IMG/VR virus record: IMGVR_UViG_3300020388_000011
Coordinates: 1 to 64,000 of that record
Length of the DNA stretch: 64,000 bases
Reading direction: 5' to 3' (one strand)
DNA from: a virus
Lineage: Duplodnaviria; Caudoviricetes
Made by a program: the position numbers and the translations under genes
Part shown: positions 37,701 through 44,300 of the stretch, one piece after another
Layout of the letters: each line of letters opens with the position of its first letter
Numbering within the stretch: the stretch's first letter is position 1
The notes under the pieces: generated by a model
What the model was told of the DNA's origin: nothing
Database searches by the model: none
Seen by the model: the letters and a program-made list of their open reading frames with translations, nothing else

Positions 37701-40700
37701 CGTTACTATGGAAGGTCTTGTATTTGGATGTAGTGATGGTAGCTTGATCTACCCATCAAATGTTGATCAAGTATTCCCTGTAGCTGAAATCCTATCACCA
37801 ACTAAGTTTGTATTGAACCTAGAAAAATCTAGCAAAGTTCATACCTGGACTAGTGGTGGTACAGTAACAACTGTAGCAACCCAACGTGTATTCCCAGACA
37901 ATGGTGTTGTACTATACCCCGTTAAGGCTGTTCTATCCCCATCAACATTTACAATTAATGTTGGACCTTCTGATATTGATCATTCCTATATCAATGGAGG
38001 TACTATTTCTCCTGGATTAAGATACGAGGTAGAAGATGCAGACTATAATAAAATCTCTGGTCTCCTAACAGTAACAACAGAAAAAGATCATCTCCTAGTA
38101 GCTGATACAGGTGTGCGGTTGAATGGTTTGATTTTCTCTTGCCTATCTGGAGGTACAAATAATCAGGCAGGCTCACTACCTTTCCCCGATGGAAGACCTG
38201 CCAATGTTGTTAATGCTGTATTCAATCACATTACTGGATCACTTCGCATCACAACAGAGAAGCCACATCAAGCATATCGTGATGCCAAAGTTCGCCTAGA
38301 AAATCTTGAGTTCTCTTGTGTAGCTGGGGCAGAAGTATATCCACTCAATCCAGATAAACTTCTCCGCGTGGTTGAGGTAGAAGATTTCTATACATATAAA
38401 GTTCAACTAAAGCCAACTCCCAAAGTTCATACTTATGTACAGGGAGGGACTTCTACTGTAGGAACTAACGTATATAATGTTAATTCGGTAGTTAACGCAC
38501 GTACATTTACAGTACAGATGGCACCTAATAACTTATCTCATACGTATGAGGGTGGTGGTACTGTAGCTTCAGTATTCTGTGAGCAGATTCAAGATGGTAT
38601 TAACTTACGCACTAAACTATGTGCCAATGACGTTGGTAAGATTTATCTAGCAGTTGTTTATGACATCACACGTGGCGGTAATATGAAGTCTGTAGAGGCA
38701 GCACAACTTTATTATGATGCTGTCGGTCAGTATCAGCATCTTGCTGGTGGTGAAGTCAGTCAGACAGTAGAAGCACTAGACTACTCACTCAATATTGTAC
38801 GTTGTATCATCAACAATGTAACTTGGGGAGGCATTCCACGTGGATACTTTACCAAGCGTGAAAGAGCGTTTATTCCAACCAAAGCCAATTTGTCTGCACC
38901 CCTTCTAAATAGATCTCTATCTCGTGATCTACTACGCTTGGCTGATATGCCACCTTCTACAACTCAATCTGTTGTATGTATTGAAAAGGCGTATGAGAGA
39001 GGACAGTATACAACCAAGAAGAAGTTTATTGAGGCTCTCGATTACAATAATATTACTGGTATCGGATCATTTACAACCAGACAGGCTCATCGCTTAATCA
39101 AGCAGGATGCCATCCGCCTAGCAGATATCCAGATGCGTTGTGTGGGTAGCCCAAGAGTCACCACTAACATCTTCCCAGATGGTACACAAGGTGATATCTT
39201 TGAGGTCATGGAGACCTTCCAGGACAATCCAGCTAATGTTGTCGGTACTGCTGACTACAATAATGTAACTGGTAACTTGATTATTGGATGCCCAGGTGTT
39301 GATTTGGAATATGAGGTTGGCACACTTGTCAACTTAAGAAATCTACGTTGGGTATGTGGATCATTGGATATCAAAGTATATCCAACCAATCCCGATTATG
39401 TCTACGAAGTTAAGCAGTTACTATCTTCCGACTCATTCCTAGTTAATGTAGGGGTCTCAACAATACCCCACACGTTTGTGGCTGTAGGAAATGAGTCTAT
39501 AGTCCCCATTGTTCAGGAGCTTCCTAGGAAGTTCACTGCTCACGTAGGAACAGTCAACTTCCCCCACATTTATGAGAGTGGTGGAAGCGTATGGAAGCAA
39601 GAGCCTTTCAGTACACCATCTACTCAAACTCAGTTACGTGATGTTTCTATTCAAGATGATCCAAGACAATTCTCTAACGCCACACCAAATGCTTGTGCGA
39701 ATGTCTTCTCCGCAATTGAGAACGCAGTTGGTGTTGTAACAACCATCATTGACGTTGGCTTTGAAGATTCTGGCATCGTTATTAGCTATCCAGGAAACGA
39801 TGGTAAGGGAGTACCAACAATTGAACAAATGGCATCACAAGGTGTCGGTAATATTGTCAAAGGTCCATACATCAGAAACTGCACCAACTTCGTTCCTAAG
39901 TCAATTGGAATGAGAATGGATGGTTTTGATGCTGAACCAGGCGATGAGATTCCTAACGGTGTTCAAGGTTCATCTAACGTTGACTCCTTTACCCAGTTCA
40001 ACCCAGGTGGTATTGGTTGTTCCATCTCCAATGGTACATATCAACAGCTCGTTTCTATCTTCACCATCTGTTGTGATGAAGCTATCGTAGCTGACTCTGG
40101 AGCACAGCTTGACCTTACTAACTCCAACTCATCCTTCGGTACTCTGGGTCTAGTTGCTCGCGGTATCGGTGACGCAAACTCCAAGTGTATTGACCGATAT
40201 ACTGGTGTGGTAGCTGAGCAAGCAGAGCTTGATGACGATGTAGTCATCATCCGGGGTATCGGTAACAAACGTCCATATGATGGTCAAGGAATCTTCTTCG
40301 GTGAGTTGTACCGTGAGGTTACCGAAATTCAAGTTACGGATGGGGGATCTGGTTATAGTGATGAAAATCCACCGATAGCATCTGTTTCTATACCAGAAGG
40401 TCCTTCTGGAATTAAAGCTGAGGTGTCGCCTACAGTACTTGATGGAAAGGTTGTTTCTATTGAACTGATCTCCAATGGTAATCAGTACCTGGTGGTAAGT
40501 CCAACCGTTACGATTGCTCCACCAGTAAGACCTGACGGTAGGCAAGCTAAAGCTATCGCAATCACTGAACCAATTTACTATGACGTTGATAGTTCTACTG
40601 CCCCAGATGAGGGAACTGTACGAGTCATTTTCAAACAAAGGCTAAATAATACAGTATCTGTAGGTACCACCGTATTCTTCTCCCGCTTGAGTCTACAAAT

Positions 40701-40968
40701 CGCATCATCACACTCCTTTGAGTATATTGGTTCGGGTAATAGCATTGACGGCGCGAGACCTTCACAGGGCGGGGTTCCTATTAAAGCTAATGAAATCGTT
40801 AAGCAAAACGGCGGTCAAATCGTCTATACCTCAACGGATCAAGCAGGTAACTTTAACATCGGTGATGATTTCGTAATTAACCAGTTCACTGGCACAGTTA
40901 CGGGAAGGTCCTTTGATCAATCGGTGCTAAATAAAGTAACGCCACTCATCATCGCATTGGATAGCTAA
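28741..40968 (+). CDS. Giant 4075-aa virion structural/fibre protein with about 32 beta repeat domains
   Basis: Late promoter at 28675; gp34-like N-terminus IILKRSGVQGRIP..L.LGEL.VN.YDGKLY; pectin-lyase-like motifs; repeats YDN.TG..H.L..GD..KL..F.C and IFPDG...VNVG.S...H.Y..GG. Confidence 0.85.
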   Translation: MISSETKIILKRSGVQGRIPSLADLKLGELGVNYYDGKLYFRQENESVGARIIEPGQGDDIGRTIFVTVNGNDNNSGLNERDSVRTIKKAAELAAYGDGIKVFPGHYIEDNPIEFRDLVAVEGMDLRNVLVTPANPEKDLYLVGDGFHATNHSFVSNVDSRDGAAIISFRPLEGTASDRYFDAARLIRDNLDFIASETVGFLTSGYSGFAAGQRSQDAARALELNTQFITEEAFQYINSPDYKGPSYVNPDINQCRRDLKDILNGWRYDLISDGNSESTGVGLTYYAPVKFINSTNITDLVYDNTTGLLILETELSTQVLPGQEIKLRDIQLDCPPYNNTFFIAGFNYNNISGVGTVTLPFIHDIQAGDTIKLDDLKFDCPPYGAQSYPVSNFVYDETTGSSTVTLSSEHNLKIGEKIELRDLQFDCPAYGGTFTDIVNLEYNNVSGEATLTYADAANLDVGDIVLLYDIKLSCPSYGNAISITGFDYDNFTGITETTFATPHNLRTGDLVKFENLKFSCDSYLSESYNIIAFDYNNLTGEALATFNTDHSLTGGSDVTLDDLVFSCNSYIPTGIAITSFIYNEASGNSIIGLSHPHDLQIGDRFQLDNLVFACNSYSFTDIDILNASYDNVTGFVNIALVSNHGSQVGQLVKLTGLEYSCSNSGITTTIFPDGTIGDEFEILSVPAPNQMIVNVGVSTIAHSYVDGGTATVGITTTVFPDGTQGFDFTVTDLVDSLTLVTNVGVSTIAHTYVGNGTLKVGFTTTVFPDGTQGDKFPVLGVPSANSVVIQVGVSTIAHTYVGGGTASNENNFLRVSDFDYNDTDGTGLVTLLRDHDLIVGDSFILEDLKFTCDSYRSTANTLDITDFQYDNATGQSVITLASSHNLQLDDTIALYDIEFTCPNGSGVSTSIFPDGSVPNFYDVLAVLNPNTIVTNVGVSSITHTYFQGGKLQVGITTNIFPDGTLPAGNFFRVISVPAPNQVLTKVGVSSIAHTYASGGKFYTGITTNIFPQTFEDPNVRVTNATYDNVTGVVTIICDDAHGLVSSDLVLLQGLEFSCASGGPGGAPGVLLFPRNQETYEVVSVIDPFSYTIDVGPNSIPHTYISGGISTRQNIIDAVYNRSSGELSVTLDRQHGLVKGDNASVVDLLFSCASGGAGNAPGQLLFPRPTDEFEIISSNASQFTINVGSSIGLPHTYVNGGSASIGGVTSSITNALYDDETGLLVVTTSAALATTPGAIIKVQGLNFACNSGGPGNDPGTVIFPRLDVPVFEVVNVVNETTYVIDVGTSTLAHTYISGGFSSLKKKINDQNIFEVIGTPTPNTIITNVGVSSIPHTYVSGGNGFVGITTNIFPDGTRPTGSRFEILGKLSPNKVIIEVGISSIPHNYQSGGRMQYGETNERAILDVDYNNLTGGATVIVRGPHGLSTGDNVKLTGMEFECTNSPGITTTIFPDGTAASLNIFPVTGIINNTTFTTNVGRVPFAHTYVQGGDAFVGITTNIFPDGTQGYTYIVDSIPSPTQVNLNVGVSSIQHNYIRGGLLFSGQTNERDIANFDYDFKSGLAILTFREPEANLFTGDLVKLKDLRFECPNSTSITTNIFPDGSQGNLFKITERLNPTQFQLDIGTSSFAHIYVQGTGEAFVGITTNIFPDVGGNPGQQPTKLFNVINIPTPNTVAVQVGPSSIPHIYEGGGTLSVGINTDIFPGDSQVSPRGDVFIVDAITESGELVINVGTSTITHDYERGGQVLYGQSAGGELQHITGPGVKQATIAAIDFERDISKYALNNRPWGSFIAAETGLVQQLGYDNISGFATVTVPGINVQRGDMIRMSDIQFVCSDEYAGLTTTFFPDNTRPEGQYFTVDNRIDENNFETFIGISTIKHNYFKGGNVYRYRQALDDILYDRFSGVASVTSLDHGYKVDDVIEMGEIRFSCPVFTPDYDIEDFIYDNTTGLSTVTTTVDNDVKVGDLIRLDDIELDCPPYGNDKNIIDFDYNNLTGVSSITVLQPHGLTLNARPPVAISTAVYDNVSGIITVTTVVPTNVDLSIESGVQLSGLGFSCLGTSGITTTIFPDDLGLIYPIKEINNSTTFSVKVGVSTIPHIYQGGGDVTKVSRYSIKLADIKFDCPSYGNSIDVSNFVYDNTTGNSLVSVVSPHGLNVGDNIKLSDIKFQCPPYGNQYNVVAADYDNLSGIITITTNRDLGGIDIGETLRIRDLQFDCNSGTPFAIQQITFDPFNGRIATLTLNADPRINPGDRIKLAGLLYRNAAGDEIPYPDGRDPSYNLFDARTVTQVSPGVWEVQVQFVNITDTFVIFLVNGNDYGTLFTGVTGNIFPEDVGPEGGFYDVLGLPASNQFTAQVGVSTIAHTYIRYGEVFSGVTTNFFPSPSTQNSPKGNIYEVIGVPTPNEVRINVGISSITHVYGSGGSLSVGITTNIFPDGTDGNIFPVISIGSSTEVRVKVGTSTIPHNYISGGLMAVGITTNIFPSNNPQNSPLGNIFTVLSKDDMCPDRFTINVGVSSIPHSYVEGGTVTTGVTTDKFPDGTNGFEFPVTEVLDEDTFLVNVGPSTISHTYLSGGFTRRIESPINDFIYNNESGAALVGVTSHRLNVGDLVRLRDIKFDCDPYGDEKMISGANYNNLTGRLIVTTDTAHGLSINETIKLAGIQMDCPAYGNDIAITGANYNNISGDINVTVAAAHGLSIGSNVKLAGLDFVCPGGSGITTTIFPDDTAASLNIYRVTAVPASNSLTVNVGTSTITHTYVGGGDIFVGITTNIFPGSAQNSPLGSFYEVLDTPSLTEFTLNVGVSSISHEYIRGGLVQTGVTTDMFPDGTQGEYFEVNDVISTDTFSINAGISSIVHRYNSGGFSSKYSTYQSRTPQVVDMSVTRVPRGCEAVAARVDQLSNIVTSIINEGPSAAPGEVPVNVTSASYNKLTGDLSVTTNRETVLAPKDIVRMENLIFQCSKTSTVVGATYNNLTGKLVITTEAKNGIVIGSSVTMEGLVFGCSDGSLIYPSNVDQVFPVAEILSPTKFVLNLEKSSKVHTWTSGGTVTTVATQRVFPDNGVVLYPVKAVLSPSTFTINVGPSDIDHSYINGGTISPGLRYEVEDADYNKISGLLTVTTEKDHLLVADTGVRLNGLIFSCLSGGTNNQAGSLPFPDGRPANVVNAVFNHITGSLRITTEKPHQAYRDAKVRLENLEFSCVAGAEVYPLNPDKLLRVVEVEDFYTYKVQLKPTPKVHTYVQGGTSTVGTNVYNVNSVVNARTFTVQMAPNNLSHTYEGGGTVASVFCEQIQDGINLRTKLCANDVGKIYLAVVYDITRGGNMKSVEAAQLYYDAVGQYQHLAGGEVSQTVEALDYSLNIVRCIINNVTWGGIPRGYFTKRERAFIPTKANLSAPLLNRSLSRDLLRLADMPPSTTQSVVCIEKAYERGQYTTKKKFIEALDYNNITGIGSFTTRQAHRLIKQDAIRLADIQMRCVGSPRVTTNIFPDGTQGDIFEVMETFQDNPANVVGTADYNNVTGNLIIGCPGVDLEYEVGTLVNLRNLRWVCGSLDIKVYPTNPDYVYEVKQLLSSDSFLVNVGVSTIPHTFVAVGNESIVPIVQELPRKFTAHVGTVNFPHIYESGGSVWKQEPFSTPSTQTQLRDVSIQDDPRQFSNATPNACANVFSAIENAVGVVTTIIDVGFEDSGIVISYPGNDGKGVPTIEQMASQGVGNIVKGPYIRNCTNFVPKSIGMRMDGFDAEPGDEIPNGVQGSSNVDSFTQFNPGGIGCSISNGTYQQLVSIFTICCDEAIVADSGAQLDLTNSNSSFGTLGLVARGIGDANSKCIDRYTGVVAEQAELDDDVVIIRGIGNKRPYDGQGIFFGELYREVTEIQVTDGGSGYSDENPPIASVSIPEGPSGIKAEVSPTVLDGKVVSIELISNGNQYLVVSPTVTIAPPVRPDGRQAKAIAITEPIYYDVDSSTAPDEGTVRVIFKQRLNNTVSVGTTVFFSRLSLQIASSHSFEYIGSGNSIDGARPSQGGVPIKANEIVKQNGGQIVYTSTDQAGNFNIGDDFVINQFTGTVTGRSFDQSVLNKVTPLIIALDS

Positions 40969-40973
40969 GTATC

Positions 40974-41330
40974 ATGGCAGCAGTAGCACTAAACAAATTT
41001 CTAACGGTAAGACATTTGGTTACCGACTCCAAGGTGGGGATTTATACTGCACCCATTGGAGTTGCTTCCATTGTTCTTTTTGCTCAAGCCACTAATGTTG
41101 GTTCGGGCGATCAAGCAGGAATTAAATTCGTCACCTTTTCTCACGCCAGACCTGGTGACATTCCTGAAGACTTTCAAATTATCAATGATGGTCCAGTCAT
41201 CCCCAATGATGCATTGAACTTAATTATTGGTAGGCTCGTTCTTGAAACGGGTGATGAGTTAGTCCTTCAAGGCGACTCGACCGGAGATGTGAAGGTTGTA
41301 GTCTCTATTCTAGAAACAGCTAAGAGCTAA
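40974..41330 (+). CDS. Small virion structural protein
   Basis: IYTAP.G...IVL..Q.TN, G(R/K)LVLETGD pattern seen in cyanophage fibre loci. Confidence 0.65.
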   Translation: MAAVALNKFLTVRHLVTDSKVGIYTAPIGVASIVLFAQATNVGSGDQAGIKFVTFSHARPGDIPEDFQIINDGPVIPNDALNLIIGRLVLETGDELVLQGDSTGDVKVVVSILETAKS

Positions 41331-41358
41331 AAACCGTTCGCATTATTATCCTGGGTCA

Positions 41359-44300
41359 ATGGCATTATTTTATCAGTCTGGCAGAGTAAGTAGATTCGCA
41401 GTAGGTACACCTGGGTTTTCAACCAATAGGGACCTAACTCTTAGTGTGTCTGGGTCACTTGGTGTTGAAACATCTAACCCAAGAGCAAGTATTGATACTC
41501 CAGAGATCAGTATTAGAGGACCAATATATGATGCTGGTATTCAAACTGGTGGATTAGGATATTTTTTATCACAAGATATAGAAGGTGTTAAATGGGTAGC
41601 AGCATCACCACTTGACTTAACCTTTGTAAGAGTATATGAAGACGATGTACAAGTAGGTTTAAGTTCTTTCAGTGGATTGAACTTTAAGTCAAACGACCCC
41701 ACACTAATTACTATTAATGAGAGTCCAATTGGACCAAATATTGCAGATATTAATTTTAATACATACTGGATTAGAACCCAGTACGGTAATAATTCAGGTA
41801 TTTCAACTGGTTATGGACCAGACGGCACCTATGCTTCCCTCCCTGGTTATGGAACTAGCGAAGCAGTAGGTGTTACTTCTGTTGGTATTGGTACCGATAA
41901 ACCAGAGGATGACTTCCAAGTTGGTATTGGATCCACTGGTGTTACTATCAATGGACCCCTAGGTAAGTTAGAAGCCGAAATTATTAAGGCAAAAAATATT
42001 GAGATTGAAGGTAATATTACCGTAGAATCTTTAATTGTAGACCCAGGTATTGCTACATTCCGTGGTAACATCGATGCGCAAGGCATCTCTAGCTTTACCG
42101 GGGATATTATAGCTGGATTTGCTACGATACAAGAGCTGTATGTAAATGATTTAGAGGTAGAAGTTTTTAGGGCTGGCGTAGCAACCTTAGGTTTGGGTAG
42201 GTCTGCCGCATCATTCACGGTAGTTGAGAATGGTCTAGAAGTTCAGGGTGACATTGGCACCTTCTTTAATGATCTGTATGTTGGGAATGATCTATATGTA
42301 GCTGGTGATACGTTCTTCAATCAGATTAATGCTGAAAATATCAGAGTCAGTGGTGTTGCCACATTAAATGCTGTTGAAGGAAACACAGGAATCTTTACTA
42401 GCTTTAAAGTAACAGGGATCACCACACTAAATCAGCTTGAGTTTAATACGGGAGTAGGTACTAATTTACAGTTAGAGTCTTCAACTATTGGAGTTCTAAC
42501 AGCTACTGATATAACTGCTGGTATTGCTACGCTTGGCTTTGCTAGTATTAAAGATGCCAATATCACTGGTATCGTAACCGTAACCGAAGTTGATGTAGAA
42601 CAGATTGATATTGAACGTGCTCAGGTGGGCGTTCTAACTATCACCCAAGCCCTGTCAGTCAGTGGAACTAGTACATTTGTTGGTCTAGTAACTGTAACTG
42701 GAGAAGTATTTGTTGATGGTGACTTAACTGTAACCGATCAGTTCACCGTAAAAGATCTAGGAGCAGAGAACCTAGAGGTAACTGGTATTGGTACCATTGT
42801 AAATCTAGAATCTAATGTTGGTATTATCACCACATTGTTCACAGAAGGTTCTGTTAATACTGGTGTTGGTACATTTAATGTTGTTGATACCAATGATATT
42901 CAGGCAGGTACTGGTACTATTGGTGGTATTGGTTTTAATTCTGGAAGAATTGACGGAACAGAACTAGACTTTGACCGTGGACGCATTGGTATTCTAACGG
43001 GTGACCTACTCAGTTATGGCATTGGTACATTTAGAGATAGATTCGACAGTCCAGGCATCTCTAATATTGCTGTTGCTATTGGTAGCAATCTAAACTACAG
43101 TGGTTTCTCTCAAATTAATGGAGTAACTTTCGGTGATGAGTTAGTAGATGTTGTCAACAGAGACCTTAGAGTTAGTGGCATCACTACCTTTGCTGGTGTG
43201 GGCACATTCGGAGAAGATCTATATGTAAAGAATGACCTATTTGTTGGGGGTGAACTATCTTTTGAGCAGCTAACAGGTACCAACCTACTAGTTCTAGGCA
43301 TCGCAACAATCAATCAGCTAGATCTAAATACAGGTATTGGCACCTTCCTAGACCTAGAGTTCCTACAAGTTGGTGTTGCTACTATCACCAACCTAACGGG
43401 AACGATTTCAACAATCACCAGAATGGATTCTGGTACTGTTGCTGTTACTACAGATCCATCCAAGTATCCAACATCAAACGGTCAGTTCTATGCTGACAGA
43501 GCATTCACTGAATTCTTAAATTCAGTAGAGACATTCACTACAGATCTAACAGTATTTGATGAGACTGTTCTAGGGGGCAGACTAGAAGTTGCTGGTGTAT
43601 CAACATTTGGATCTGACATTGATCTTAATGGAGACATTGATGTATCTGGTCTAACTACAACCAACTTCCTATTCGCTGGTGTAGGCACAATCTTACTCTT
43701 AGATACAGACTTCATTGAGTCTGATGAGATCAACACAGGTATCATTACAGCTCAGGATTTAGTTGTTACTGAATCTGCTGACTTCCAAGGTGATGTTGTT
43801 GTAGACATTGGTGGTACAGCTAACATTGCTAATGCTAACATTGGTTTCGCTAGCATCTCTCAAGAGGTCGTAGGAACCTCTACAGTAGGCTTCTTAAGTG
43901 TAACTGATGCTAATGTTGGTGTAGTAACTGTAGGCGTTGTAAGTGCTACTGAGGTTGATATAGATGACCTAGAAGCTAATACTGCTAGCATTGGGGTTGC
44001 TACCGTAGGATTTGGTTCATTCGGCACTGATGAAAATGAAGGTGCCTTATTTGTAACAGGCATCAATACATTCATCGGTTTCACTACCTTTACTGGTGAA
44101 GTATATATTGATGGTGACCTTACTGTAAGTGGAGTCACTACATTCAGACAGCTTGACGCAGAGCAATCACAGATTGGTATCCTAACTACCAAGACTCTAT
44201 TAGATTCTAATGGTCTACTTACCGCAGAGAACGTTTCTATTAGCACAAGCCTAACGGTAAATGGTCTCACAACTCTAACTGGGTTCACTACAACTGCTGA

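Noticed and set aside
28741-40968. Assembly artefact or intein explanation for the repeats
   Set aside because: Repeats are diverged at DNA level, the frame stays open for 12 kb, and no intein C-terminal HN-[CST] splice motif pattern is evident
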